Shown: positions 37,155 to 47,661, numbered from the stretch's first letter. The stretch: 64,000 nt of DNA from a virus (IMGVR_UViG_3300045988_130119:21023-85022); one strand, 5' to 3'. Notes: generated from the sequence alone by a model not told the origin. A program made the numbers and translations.

Positions 37155-38765
37155 TTAATCTGCCTGTGAATTTGTAAAATTTCCAGAATTAATTCCTTTG
37201 TACAATCTATCCAATGCTACTTCAAAAGCCCCAATACCTGAGAAAAAACTACTTAATCTCAAATCATCAAAAAGATATGGCATAGCCTTATACAGCTCAA
37301 CAAATATGTAATATAAAACATCAACGACAATTGAGTTACCGGCTTGTTTATATAATTGTGAATTTGAAATACCTATATTATGTGCTGCATTGAAATTTTC
37401 ATCTGAAAATCCCATAAGTCTAAAGCATTCTTTTGGAGTAAGCTTTCTAACTCGTAAATTATTTGTTACTGGTAAAATAGCTGTTTTAAAACCTTCAGGT
37501 CTTGTTATTAATGTTGGCGAGCATCCTGATTTGTTTACTCTTTTATTAAATGCGTCAATTGTATCTCCATATTCTGCATCAGAATCATCAAAGGTATCTA
37601 ACGCTTGTCTAAAAAATCTTTCTTTAGGCTTGTTTTCAATAGATTCAATTCTGCACACACCTGTTTCTTTGGCAGTTAAAGTTGGACAAATATTACCACC
37701 ATCTTGTACTCTTCCACGTCTAGTTTTAGAATCTGGATATGATAAATCTGCAACACCACCAATTTCACATTCTATGTAACCTTTTTTAGTTGCTTGACGA
37801 ATGGCAATCTTATTACCTTCACCTTTATTAGTCGTGAGAGTTGGTGCTAAACCATTCTCATCAAACACATTTCCATTCATACCTTTACCAGATGGATTTA
37901 CATTACCTAATTGTACAATCTTAGGCGTATTACCATGACCAGAAGTATGTGTTGGCGAAATTCCATCTGTCGATACAACAACTCCATCCTGAGATGAATT
38001 TAATCTGCCAATCTGCTTTATCATATTACCGTTTGTTTGCTTTAAACCATTTTTATTATTTAGATTAGTAAGAAAATTCCGGACTTTATTTTCTGAAATA
38101 TAAAATTTTTCATCAACAACATCTTCCAATATATCTTTCAATCTGATGCCATTGTCGAATGGTTCTGGGAATTTAAATTTACCGTTGTCTAAATCTTTCT
38201 TGATAAAAATCAGATACACACGTTCTCTATTCTGTGGAATACCATAATTCTTTGCATTAAGTACCTTCCAATACACGTTATATCCATATTCTTCTAATTC
38301 ATCAGTGAACAATTTAAATGTTGTGTCTTTAAACTGTCTACCTACAATATTTTTTACATTCTCATAAATTCCAAAATTCGGTTTGTTTGCTCTGATGACT
38401 CGCAAATATTCAACAAGCAATGATGATCTTGTCTTTTCAATATTTTCACTGCTGCAATTTGGACACTTAGCACGTTCAGACCAATGTACTGTCAATGGAT
38501 TATATTCATGTCCACATTCTTTGCAAGTCCAAACAGAACCTTTTTGTTTACCTGCTACAGAAAAATCCTGACATGGGCTACCTCCACAAATCATATTAAA
38601 TGGTTTAAGCTTTGTTTCATCAACCTTTGTAATATCACCAAGATTCAATGATTCATCTACACCATGAATTGCACAGTATGATTTTGTTGCATACTTATCA
38701 AACTCACAGAAGTTTACCGGTTCCCAATCTTTTTTAAATGAATTTATTCTTTTATCAGTATTCAT
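37155..38765 (-). CDS. C5 cytosine DNA methyltransferase with permuted motif order (motif I at C-terminus) and internal zinc ribbon
   Basis: Motif IV GGSPCQDFS, VI YENVKN, VIII QNRERV, IX/X TPKECFRLMGF...YKQAGNSIVV, then C-terminal FFSGIGAFEVAL (motif I); CKECG...CPNC insert. Confidence 0.7.
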   Translation of the reverse strand: MNTDKRINSFKKDWEPVNFCEFDKYATKSYCAIHGVDESLNLGDITKVDETKLKPFNMICGGSPCQDFSVAGKQKGSVWTCKECGHEYNPLTVHWSERAKCPNCSSENIEKTRSSLLVEYLRVIRANKPNFGIYENVKNIVGRQFKDTTFKLFTDELEEYGYNVYWKVLNAKNYGIPQNRERVYLIFIKKDLDNGKFKFPEPFDNGIRLKDILEDVVDEKFYISENKVRNFLTNLNNKNGLKQTNGNMIKQIGRLNSSQDGVVVSTDGISPTHTSGHGNTPKIVQLGNVNPSGKGMNGNVFDENGLAPTLTTNKGEGNKIAIRQATKKGYIECEIGGVADLSYPDSKTRRGRVQDGGNICPTLTAKETGVCRIESIENKPKERFFRQALDTFDDSDAEYGDTIDAFNKRVNKSGCSPTLITRPEGFKTAILPVTNNLRVRKLTPKECFRLMGFSDENFNAAHNIGISNSQLYKQAGNSIVVDVLYYIFVELYKAMPYLFDDLRLSSFFSGIGAFEVALDRLYKGINSGNFTNSQAD

Positions 38766-38909
38766 AAAAAATCCCTTGTTTATAGGGGATTGCGCAATCT
38801 CTTTATTCTAGAACTTACCTGTTTTTACCTTTCTTAATATTAAAATTCTTTGCTTTTCTAGGTATTTGCAACTACCTTGTGAAAGCATAAATTCTTCACT
38901 ATATTTTCA

Positions 38910-39836
38910 CTATTTCTTCAATCCACTTAATATCCATTCTACAGTTGGTTCATTCCAACCATTGCCCATCATAGAATATCTTTTTGTATCACTCATTTTT
39001 CTTCCATTAAATGCTATGTCTGTATATCCATCCGGCAATCCTTGTAATCTTTCATATTCAACAGGTGTCAATTTTCGTGGTCTGCCATGATCCATGACAG
39101 ATTTAATATGATATCCACCATTCACACAGGTCAAAGTGCAACACTTAAACTCAGGATTATAAATACGTCTATTCATCTCCATCGTATTAACCTTTAACTC
39201 TGCACAAACACGTTTGTTCATGTCGATGATTTCAAAATCTTTTTTATAGAAATATTTCTCATTCACATTATTCTCCATTACATCTTTCAAAACTAATGGA
39301 GATTCTTCCGGTAATTCATCCAATGGTATATTTGTCCAATAATATCTTTCTCTCGACTGTGCGCCAAAAATTGCAGAGTTAATAAGCAAAGGATCAACTC
39401 CAATACACCTAGTCATTGTATTTAAATCCTCTTCTCTACTCGGTATTACATTTTCAAACATGAAATATTTTGGCTGAATTGCCTTAAGACATTCGATGGC
39501 TTTAAAGAAAATACCTGATTTGCCATCTAACCCATTGTTGACTTGTTTATCTTCTATTCTGACTTTGCTCAAACTTTGGCAACAAGTTCCTGCTAATAAC
39601 AAGTCATATCCTTTGAATTGTTCAAAATCCGCTTCATATAAATCTCCATGATGTACCACAAACGGAAAATGGTACTGAGAAACTGCAATTGCTTCAGGCA
39701 GAATCTCATATGTATGATACTCTTTCACCGGAATATCCAATTGTTGTAATGCATATAATCCAGTTTCTACACCACCACAGAGACTTAACACTCTAAGTCC
39801 ATCAGTGGAAGTTTTTCTTTTATTTGTATTGCTCAA
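38910..39836 (-). CDS. C5 cytosine DNA methyltransferase (canonical order)
   Basis: Motif I LSLCGGVETG, IV GTCCQSLS, VI FENV, VIII QSRERYYW, X MMGNGWN. Confidence 0.8.
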   Translation of the reverse strand: MSNTNKRKTSTDGLRVLSLCGGVETGLYALQQLDIPVKEYHTYEILPEAIAVSQYHFPFVVHHGDLYEADFEQFKGYDLLLAGTCCQSLSKVRIEDKQVNNGLDGKSGIFFKAIECLKAIQPKYFMFENVIPSREEDLNTMTRCIGVDPLLINSAIFGAQSRERYYWTNIPLDELPEESPLVLKDVMENNVNEKYFYKKDFEIIDMNKRVCAELKVNTMEMNRRIYNPEFKCCTLTCVNGGYHIKSVMDHGRPRKLTPVEYERLQGLPDGYTDIAFNGRKMSDTKRYSMMGNGWNEPTVEWILSGLKK

Positions 39837-39970
39837 ATTGCCTTAATTTCAAGGCTTGTACAAGCATGTTATCTAGAATTACTCTTATTTCCTTTCATAT
39901 GTAGTTAATTATCTTCTTCTTTCACGCAGCATTCATGACTACCGAATGAAAGAAAAACTTCATTTAAGTT

Positions 39971-40282
39971 TTAGAAGTCATAGTCCTGCTCTTCAGGTTC
40001 TTTTAATTTCATACCAAGAATACAACCAATTTCATATGCAGCGTTTGATATACCACAATCATATCCATCACAAAATACATCAGATTCATTCCCAGAAGAT
40101 CTCATTTCTGTATACCCACACGCCTTTGGACTATAATTATTCTTTACCCATTCAATCAATTTATTTTCAATTTCTTTATCCATTTGTTTATTCTCTCCTT
40201 CTCTATCTAACCGCCACAAACATAATCTATTTTCTACATTTAACACTGCCGCCGGCATCAATATCTCCTGATACATTTCCAC
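39971..40282 (-). CDS. hypothetical protein, paralog of 233..490
   Basis: shared AAYEIGCILGM block. Confidence 0.45.
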   Translation of the reverse strand: MEMYQEILMPAAVLNVENRLCLWRLDREGENKQMDKEIENKLIEWVKNNYSPKACGYTEMRSSGNESDVFCDGYDCGISNAAYEIGCILGMKLKEPEEQDYDF

Positions 40283-40556
40283 AAGTTACTGAACCACCTG
40301 CATCAATGTCACCAATGACATTGCCACTTACTTCACAGTTCCCACCACAATCAATAATTCCTGCATTGCCACAAACTGTTACTGAACCACCACAGTCGAT
40401 TTTATTTACATCTCCTTCAATAAATACTTTAATCTTAATATCACTACTACATTCCTGAATAGTATTACCATCTACAATTACTTTTCCGTTACTGATGACT
40501 ACATTGCTATTTTCTGAACAAGTAATAGCTTTACCATTAATCGTAATTCTGTTCAT
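40227..40556 (-). CDS. repeat protein with tandem G-N-V-x-G-D-I-D-A-G-G-S-V-x-C units (beta-helix/bactofilin-like)
   Basis: Protein-level tandem repeats; underlying ~39-bp DNA direct repeats. Confidence 0.35.
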   Translation of the reverse strand: MNRITINGKAITCSENSNVVISNGKVIVDGNTIQECSSDIKIKVFIEGDVNKIDCGGSVTVCGNAGIIDCGGNCEVSGNVIGDIDAGGSVTCGNVSGDIDAGGSVKCRK

Positions 40557-40579
40557 ACTCTTATTCCTTTCTATATTCT

Positions 40580-40924
40580 CTACTTAATCTTGATATTTGC
40601 CAATCTCTTATGACTCAATACTTTCAGCGTATCTTCAATACCTTCATAATAAGCACATTCCATATCTGGATTATCATAATTTCTTTCCTTGTCAAATACC
40701 TCTCGTAAGTACTTCTTTTCTTCTTTCTTATCTATGGATAATCGCTTGATTTTATCAATGCAATCGTTACAGATATCCAATCTATTAAATAATTTGTTCC
40801 AAATTTGACAACCATTTACATATCCTGTAAATCGGATATCTGTTTTTAATGTATTTCCACAAATATCACATACTCGATACTTTATTTTTGACATCAAATC
40901 AACTCCTCTTTGTAAATCCGACAC
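40580..40924 (-). CDS. zinc-finger protein
   Basis: CDICG...CNDC. Confidence 0.35.
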   Translation of the reverse strand: MSDLQRGVDLMSKIKYRVCDICGNTLKTDIRFTGYVNGCQIWNKLFNRLDICNDCIDKIKRLSIDKKEEKKYLREVFDKERNYDNPDMECAYYEGIEDTLKVLSHKRLANIKIK

Positions 40925-41184
40925 CTGTTATTATCTTTAATATTGGCTTTTCCCTTTGTAATATCAATAATACTTACACATTTAATATGCACACCATTTT
41001 TATCGTAAACTAATTCTACTCCCTGACGTATATTGATAGGCAAGATTTCACGTTCATCATTCAGTATCTTAGGTGCATTTTTTGCATTCTTGTAAGCATT
41101 TTCGATTACATCTTTTTGAAATATAACACCATTCAAGTTAGGTTTATCTAATAAAGTTTGTATTGTAAATATCGCTTTCAACAC
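40894..41184 (-). CDS. hypothetical protein
   Basis: ORF track. Confidence 0.3.
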   Translation of the reverse strand: MLKAIFTIQTLLDKPNLNGVIFQKDVIENAYKNAKNAPKILNDEREILPINIRQGVELVYDKNGVHIKCVSIIDITKGKANIKDNNRCRIYKEELI

Positions 41185-41202
41185 TCGTCACCTTCTCTAT
41201 AA

Positions 41203-41397
41203 TTACCTCACCACTGCTAAATTCCCACATTTCGAACATACTAAAAGTTTTCCAATAATCCCTACACCATCTTGTGTAAAAATCTTATTTTCTAGTCTTT
41301 CTGTACCATCTTGTTTCCCCACTTTATAAGCTGCTGATTTCATAATTGCCCTACATATAGGACATAATTTTGTCGCTTCTGTCATAACTACCTCCAC
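41203..41397 (-). CDS. zinc-ribbon protein
   Basis: CPIC...CSKCG. Confidence 0.35.
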   Translation of the reverse strand: MEVVMTEATKLCPICRAIMKSAAYKVGKQDGTERLENKIFTQDGVGIIGKLLVCSKCGNLAVVR

Positions 41398-41810
41398 CTA
41401 TCATATCCAAGAAATTTCAACTCGTCTTCTTCAAGATACAATATATAACAATTGTCCACATAACTTTTGGCACAAAACCATTCATAAGGAGATATTCCTT
41501 CATTCATAATTGCTTTCAATTTATCCAGTTTATCCAAATGATTAATTGCTTCATTTCTCATCATTTCTTTTTGAAGTTCGTAATGATGGCTGTACCGATA
41601 TTTTCTATATAACTCCCATTCGGTTATATAATCTCTTACTACTTTCAAAACATTCTCGTAAATGTTGTCTCTAATTAGCATATTGTCTTTAAGTTCTAAT
41701 GGATATACAATATACAAATCTTTATTGTTCCCAACATAAGAATTGAATACATCATACGCTATATCGTTATTAAATCCATTTCTGTTTAACAACTTTTCTT
41801 CAAACGTCAA
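41388..41810 (-). CDS. hypothetical protein
   Basis: ORF track. Confidence 0.35.
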   Translation of the reverse strand: MTFEEKLLNRNGFNNDIAYDVFNSYVGNNKDLYIVYPLELKDNMLIRDNIYENVLKVVRDYITEWELYRKYRYSHHYELQKEMMRNEAINHLDKLDKLKAIMNEGISPYEWFCAKSYVDNCYILYLEEDELKFLGYDRWR

Positions 41811-41816
41811 CTCGCT

Positions 41817-42371
41817 TCACTCCTTTGTGGTCATATCCAAAAATAACAATTCATCTCTCTTCAATGTAATATCATAATCTTTCCATCTCTCCAAAAGCTC
41901 TCTTGTGTCAAATCCATGTGGAACTACAATTGCATAACCATGTGGAGTTGTATATACTTGTATATCTGATAATGGAATACGTGAAAACATAATTACACCA
42001 TGAACGAAATCATTCATTAATAGCTCATCATCAACATCAAAATCGAATAACCATTTACTCTCATCACGGTTCTCTACTTGCTGCGCAACTGAAGCTAATG
42101 TACGATTCAGCTTTGTCATACTTGGTTTATCTCTAAGCAATCTAATAATAAGTTCTTCCCTTATCTTTTCTTCATTCCTAGAATTTACAGACCGATACAA
42201 TCTTGTCTGTTCGCCTGGAACTCCATCTGCTGCAAATCTATGAAATTCTTTGATTACTCTATCTTCATTTTCTTTGTATTCTAAGATAGTCTTTGCACGT
42301 CCTTTGAAATTAGGAACATCTTTGTTGTCTTTGTTTCTTGAACAAATTAGGTATACATATAGATCAGACAT
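41817..42371 (-). CDS. hypothetical protein
   Basis: ORF track. Confidence 0.35.
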   Translation of the reverse strand: MSDLYVYLICSRNKDNKDVPNFKGRAKTILEYKENEDRVIKEFHRFAADGVPGEQTRLYRSVNSRNEEKIREELIIRLLRDKPSMTKLNRTLASVAQQVENRDESKWLFDFDVDDELLMNDFVHGVIMFSRIPLSDIQVYTTPHGYAIVVPHGFDTRELLERWKDYDITLKRDELLFLDMTTKE

Positions 42372-42790
42372 TATTTTTCACCATCCTTTGTATTGATATA
42401 ACATGCAACATCTTTGAATTCGTTACCATTTATTACTTCACTAATATCATTAATGATACTTTTTACTGTTGAATAATTACCACTAAAAGAAGTACCAGTC
42501 GTTTTTACTTCATATTTATATACATTTGATAATTCTACTGGATAATCTTGGTACAGGACTGTACCCTTTGGAACTGTTATATTAGAATATGCATCACAGT
42601 AATCTTCTTTAAGAACCTTTAACCATTTTTGACAACCTTTATTGTATGATTTAACCTTGGATTCACTAAAAGACACTCTAAAATATTCATCTTCATCATA
42701 GATTATTCTTTTAAATTTATTTACAATAAGCAGCACACCATCCACAATTCTGTAAACATCTTGATACTCTGTATTTGCCAATACTTCCAT
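42371..42790 (-). CDS. hypothetical protein
   Basis: ORF track. Confidence 0.35.
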   Translation of the reverse strand: MEVLANTEYQDVYRIVDGVLLIVNKFKRIIYDEDEYFRVSFSESKVKSYNKGCQKWLKVLKEDYCDAYSNITVPKGTVLYQDYPVELSNVYKYEVKTTGTSFSGNYSTVKSIINDISEVINGNEFKDVACYINTKDGEK

Positions 42791-42821
42791 TTATTCTTCA
42801 CCATCTTTCCATGCATAATAC

Positions 42822-43190
42822 TTATTCTCCATCTTCTAAAATCTCAATATCAATACACAACATATCATGCAGATTCTTAATCTGTTCTTCAGTCGGTTTC
42901 TTCCATGGCATCATATCTGTAACATTAAAAACCATCGCTCCGCCACATAATTTAATTCTTGCAATTGTTTTTGGTGAGCTTGCTACAATCTCTGGCATCG
43001 GAATGTCGCAACTTGTTTTCGGTAATTGTGATTTCTGTGAATACTCAAATGCTCTCAATTCATCTTTTCCAAGCCAACGTTGCCATGCTCCACAATCATC
43101 ACAATATAATCCTGTATTATTTCCTTTTACTTCTGTATGTAATGATGTACTTCCACACTTTCTACAGCAATTTTGATACATAATCTTCAC
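42822..43190 (-). CDS. Cys-rich zinc-finger protein
   Basis: CCRKCG...CDDCG. Confidence 0.35.
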   Translation of the reverse strand: MKIMYQNCCRKCGSTSLHTEVKGNNTGLYCDDCGAWQRWLGKDELRAFEYSQKSQLPKTSCDIPMPEIVASSPKTIARIKLCGGAMVFNVTDMMPWKKPTEEQIKNLHDMLCIDIEILEDGE

Positions 43191-43202
43191 CTCATTTCGT
43201 AA

Positions 43203-43586
43203 TTAATCATAATCATAAGCAATATAATATCCATCGTCCGACAATTTTTTAAACCATTCAAATCTGCTTCTCATATCAATATCATCTACTTCTGTCCCAT
43301 TTAAAATTATTTCACAATATTTTGACATGTCTGATGGATTAATCAAATCAAGTTTATAATTCTTTGAATCAATCCGATCTTCGTTTGGTAGTCTCGGAAA
43401 TGAAATACCAACAGTGTTTTCAAACAAATCACGTACAAGACTTACACTATAATAACTATGTGATGTTGCATCTGAATCAATAAAATCAATCGAGAACTCA
43501 TCATAATAACAAAATCCAAATGCTAAGTATGATTCTCCTGCATCCAATATTTTATAATCCTTAAACCACCTAAAACCCAACCCCAT
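43203..43586 (-). CDS. hypothetical protein
   Basis: ORF track. Confidence 0.35.
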   Translation of the reverse strand: MGLGFRWFKDYKILDAGESYLAFGFCYYDEFSIDFIDSDATSHSYYSVSLVRDLFENTVGISFPRLPNEDRIDSKNYKLDLINPSDMSKYCEIILNGTEVDDIDMRSRFEWFKKLSDDGYYIAYDYD

Positions 43587-43611
43587 TAATATTTACCTCC
43601 TAAGAAATCAT

Positions 43612-43761
43612 TTCAGGATAGAAATCGTATAAATAGTCTCCAAAGTCTCCTCCCAGTGTCAGAACCAACTATCTTCTGCCAATGATTCATCCATGCTTTA
43701 CCCTCTTTTGTTTGTATGAATTTTTCGTATTTTTCTTTAAGTTCTTTTTCTTTTGTAATCA
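43612..43761 (-). pseudogene. small gene, frameshifted paralog of 43841..44017
   Basis: N-part MITKEKELKEKYEKFIQTKEGKAW aligns to paralog; conserved LGGDFGDYLYDFYPEM tail encoded in +1 frame. Confidence 0.35.
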
Positions 43762-43840
43762 TTATTTACTTTTTATCCTCCAAATGAAACAAAACTTTCA
43801 TTTACTATTCTGTATAACAAAAGAAAACGCTTCTTTTGAT

Positions 43841-44017
43841 CACTGTATTTAATCAACTACTGCAACATTTCTGGATAGAAATCATATAGATAATCACCAA
43901 AATCACCACCTAAATCATAAAACTCTAACCATTCTTTACCCTCATCAGTTTTAATAAATTTCATATATTCATCCTTAATATCTTCTTCTGTTTTATGTTT
44001 TGTTCCTTTTTGAATAA
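43841..44017 (-). CDS. small hypothetical protein (58 aa), tandem paralog
   Basis: Manual translation MIKIIQKGTKHKTEEDIKDEYMKFIKTDEGKEWLEFYDLGGDFGDYLYDFYPEMLQ. Confidence 0.35.
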
Positions 44018-44230
44018 TTTTAATCATAACTTATCTCCTATATACCCAATTCGACACGATTTACCTACTTCTGATGATTCATCAAATGTTATTGAAATAT
44101 CTTCATCCATCATTGGCAAAGTGCAATCAATTAAGAACTGTATTTTTCTCACACAGTCTTGACACACATCTTTTCTTTCAGACGACATTAGTTTGTTTCT
44201 TTACCGCAAATATCACAATATTCTTTAATC
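44014..44230 (-). pseudogene. small 4-Cys zinc-ribbon gene split by frameshift
   Basis: MIKEYCDICGKETN* then shifted frame ...CQDCVRKIQFLID...; CxxC pairs in different frames; GGGAGGTGA SD upstream. Confidence 0.3.
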
Positions 44231-44814
44231 ATCTTATATTTCACCTCCCATTGGAAAACGGAATTCCTACCGGCAACATTATTTAATTAATCACATTCTT
44301 CTGCTTCAAAATTATATATATCTATCTCGGATACACCGTCATTGTGTTGCAATGGTCTTAAAGCATTTCGAAGTTTCGAATCAGCAATATCATAAGCTTC
44401 TTCCACATCATCATGAGTAACCTCAATCCAGCCATCAAACCTTATTCTATATTTCATTTTTACTCTCCATCCTTCCTATAATTTCAAGCCCTAAATCATT
44501 GATTTTTAGACTTTTTTCTTTAAACAGTTACCTCATAACAAGTGCTAAAGTGCATGAACATTCATTGTATCGAGTACTGAATAGCTGAAAACATGCACCC
44601 CAAAATAAAGCATCCATTGCTTTATAAAGGCTATAATTCCTCTGCACAACTATGATGATGAACCTTCCGTGTCTAATCGCATTGCATCAAACTCCCACTC
44701 GTTTTATGTCAATATCATCATATTTAATATTAAATTTATTATCTTTAACGATTCTTTTGGCTGTTATTTTATCAGACATTTTATTAAAATATTTTCTCAT
44801 TTTTTCTGTGCTAA

Positions 44815-45045
44815 TCATTTTCTATCCTCTACTGGAATAATCATGTCTATATTCTTTAAAATTTGCATGATATTCCAAGATTCTCCATTAAATTCCTTGT
44901 CTACACCAACGAATCTTTCTACCAAATCTCTAATTGGAACTGTTTTATTTTCATTAAGCATTCTTTTTTCATAATACATATCACTTTCAGTGTTTTCGTA
45001 TAATCCAGTTGACATCAGATAATCAATAATTTCTTTATTTGTCAT
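44815..45045 (-). CDS. hypothetical protein
   Basis: ORF track. Confidence 0.3.
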   Translation of the reverse strand: MTNKEIIDYLMSTGLYENTESDMYYEKRMLNENKTVPIRDLVERFVGVDKEFNGESWNIMQILKNIDMIIPVEDRK

Positions 45046-45190
45046 AGGAACACCTCTTTTAACTCAATATAATCATCTATAATATCGAGAATTTTATCCA
45101 GATTCTTTTGTGCGATTTCACTTTCAATATGAACGTCTAAATATCTAGTAATAACACTCTCATCATTTTCTTGACCATATATCATTACAT

Positions 45191-45490
45191 TTATTCCCCA
45201 CTTGAAATATTGTTTTCATACGGTATTCCAACATCCGCATCAGTAAAAAGAACAGCAAATTCATCACAATGTTCCGCACTTCTTTTTATTATATATCCTT
45301 TATTTGTGAGGATTTTAATTGTTCCATCAGAAAGTCCACTATACCATTTTCCTACGAATGATTGATTAATTTCTCCATATTTAATATGATTTTTGATTTC
45401 ACTAATAATCATTTTCGCAGTATTTTTGTCAGAATATTTTTTATCAAAAATTTTCTTCATTTTCTTTGCATTAATCATTTTGCTATTCAT
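45191..45490 (-). CDS. hypothetical protein
   Basis: ORF track. Confidence 0.35.
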   Translation of the reverse strand: MNSKMINAKKMKKIFDKKYSDKNTAKMIISEIKNHIKYGEINQSFVGKWYSGLSDGTIKILTNKGYIIKRSAEHCDEFAVLFTDADVGIPYENNISSGE

Positions 45491-45755
45491 CCTCCAATCC
45501 GATTAAATCCACAAACATATTTAAGCCACCAATCATTGCATTTATTTCATCACAACTACCATTCATACAAATATTACTTGCTACGTTTGACACTGCAATC
45601 CCACAATTGAAATAGAAGTTATTGTCGTGATCGCAAGCTTTTAATCTTAATTCCAAGTCTTCTATTGAAGTATCTTCGTCTCTTTTCTTACTATATGTAA
45701 TAATTCTATCTGCTTCTCGAACCATGTCTTCGTAAGACCACATAGGGCTTCCCAT
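45483..45755 (-). CDS. hypothetical protein
   Basis: ORF track. Confidence 0.35.
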   Translation of the reverse strand: MGSPMWSYEDMVREADRIITYSKKRDEDTSIEDLELRLKACDHDNNFYFNCGIAVSNVASNICMNGSCDEINAMIGGLNMFVDLIGLEDE

Positions 45756-45766
45756 AGTTTTTCACC

Positions 45767-46078
45767 TCAAATCTCTGGTAGTTCATTAATCAGTTCTAAT
45801 ATATAGTTATGAATTTCAGTAAAATGCGCTCTTAAAACATCATTTGCTTCATCTATTAATGCATAATAGTCATCGATATTTGTTCTTAAACCAATGATTC
45901 TTGGCCGAAATATTAAAAATGGATTTATGTCAATGATATATTCTCCGTCTATTTTTCTGATGTTTGCATATAATCTAATACCATCTCCAAATTCAAATAT
46001 TCTTTGCACAATATCAACCAAACCATCTGGTCTATTTGTCATAATGATCCATCCTGAATATTCTTCTCTTTTTACCAT
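45767..46078 (-). CDS. hypothetical protein
   Basis: ORF track. Confidence 0.35.
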   Translation of the reverse strand: MVKREEYSGWIIMTNRPDGLVDIVQRIFEFGDGIRLYANIRKIDGEYIIDINPFLIFRPRIIGLRTNIDDYYALIDEANDVLRAHFTEIHNYILELINELPEI

Positions 46079-46104
46079 TCGTTACCTCCATGAAAGTAAT
46101 ATTT

Positions 46105-46497
46105 CTACTTAATAACAACTAAAACACCCCAAGTTAATATAATCTGAATAATATGGAATAATTGATCTTGAACCAGATTGATATCTTTTTTGTTTGCTTT
46201 CAAGTCATCAACGATACTGTGAATTGTCCAGTTCAGAGCAAAAAATAAGAAATAATCAACTGGAATATTATGATTGCATACATAATTAAATACCGTAGGT
46301 ATTAACATAATCATAAATGTCCAGCTAAAAGCATGTTCGCACAAAGCCATAATATAATCATGTGAATACAACTCCTCTGGTGCATTTTTCTCCCATCAAG
46401 ATTTTTGCTTTGCGGATGCCAACCATCCTTGTAAATAATAGTCATCTACAAGATGTAGAAATAGCATTCCTAATAATAAAAATAACTTGAGTTTCAT
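46105..46497 (-). pseudogene. membrane protein gene with in-frame TGA at 46396-46398 (the ORF track shows only the downstream 46105..46371 part)
   Basis: ATG at 46495-46497 with GGAGGT SD 5 nt upstream; MKLKLFLLLGMLFLHLVDDYYLQGWLASAKQKS*WEKN... continuous with listed ORF. Confidence 0.45.
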
Positions 46498-46505
46498 ATA
46501 ACCTC

Positions 46506-47039
46506 CTACATATCGCCGCCACAAAGACATACAAAGCAACTATAGTCAATATATTTCCACTTAACTACATTCCCATATTCTTCGTGAAAACATTCGTCTT
46601 GATTCGATGAATTAAACCATTCACCCGTACTTAGATTCATACAAGCAACCATTAATGTATCATAATCTGTTTCTACCAGAACATTATCTGAGAACTTACC
46701 ATCCTCAACTTCATAATCTATAAATACTTCCGGCAAATCATCTGGATTGCTTTTCAAATTATGCCATTTATATCGTTCTTCTTTTTCTAACGCAGAAATT
46801 GCTTGCTCAATCGCATAATCTTCAGGATCTGGATAAACATACTGTTTTCCATAAGCCCAATACGGTGCGCCAATCAATCCTGCATAATCTTGCAAAGGAC
46901 TTTGAATACCTTTAAGAAGACTAATTATCTCTTTGATCTCCACTTTACTACTCCTTCTTTTTACATCCACATTCAGGAAAGAATCCTTTAATATCTCTAA
47001 TATAATCCCAATATGAAGCCACGCCATGCTCCAAATCAT
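46506..47039 (-). CDS. hypothetical protein
   Basis: ORF track. Confidence 0.35.
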   Translation of the reverse strand: MIWSMAWLHIGIILEILKDSFLNVDVKRRSSKVEIKEIISLLKGIQSPLQDYAGLIGAPYWAYGKQYVYPDPEDYAIEQAISALEKEERYKWHNLKSNPDDLPEVFIDYEVEDGKFSDNVLVETDYDTLMVACMNLSTGEWFNSSNQDECFHEEYGNVVKWKYIDYSCFVCLCGGDM

Positions 47040-47313
47040 TAATCCAATTGATTAATTCATGCAGTACATTAAAAAATTCTTCCTCTGTCTTAGGTCTATA
47101 TGCATATCCTATATCGTAATCGTCATAATCACATATGGTTACATCAATTTCATATTTATTAATATAACTTGCAAAAGGTTCTTTATATGCCTGTAGTAAT
47201 ATCCAAGGTTGTCCACAAAACACACTTTTATCATCAAAATGCAATAAACCTGTTACTGTTAGGTATTCGTGATAGTATTTCTTACTATTGTTAAAATGTC
47301 TTTCTATGTTCAT
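46948..47313 (-). CDS. hypothetical protein
   Basis: ORF track. Confidence 0.35.
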   Translation of the reverse strand: MNIERHFNNSKKYYHEYLTVTGLLHFDDKSVFCGQPWILLQAYKEPFASYINKYEIDVTICDYDDYDIGYAYRPKTEEEFFNVLHELINWINDLEHGVASYWDYIRDIKGFFPECGCKKKE

Positions 47314-47427
47314 TTATTATTCCTTATGATATAAGCTAACTAATTTCTAAATCTCTTCCATGCGCTCGTCATCAGATAAATCTACAGTTCTTTATTGCAG
47401 CTCTCTTTTGAATTCTTAATGCTGTTA

Positions 47428-47661
47428 TCATAGTTTTTCTTCATCAAACAACTTAATTAGCCATTTAGAAAATGGATACGTTGAAAGCAACATAACAATC
47501 GCTAAGATAAAGAACCATTCATGTATCACTGGAATCAGCGCAACAGATATAATAATAGGAATAAAATATACTGATAATGTTACTTTGGCCACATTGCTCG
47601 TTTTTTTAGCTGCATTCTTAAATGATTCTGATTTTATAATCTTATTTAATCCCTCAAACAT
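47428..47661 (-). CDS. small membrane protein
   Basis: two hydrophobic segments. Confidence 0.3.
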   Translation of the reverse strand: MFEGLNKIIKSESFKNAAKKTSNVAKVTLSVYFIPIIISVALIPVIHEWFFILAIVMLLSTYPFSKWLIKLFDEEKL

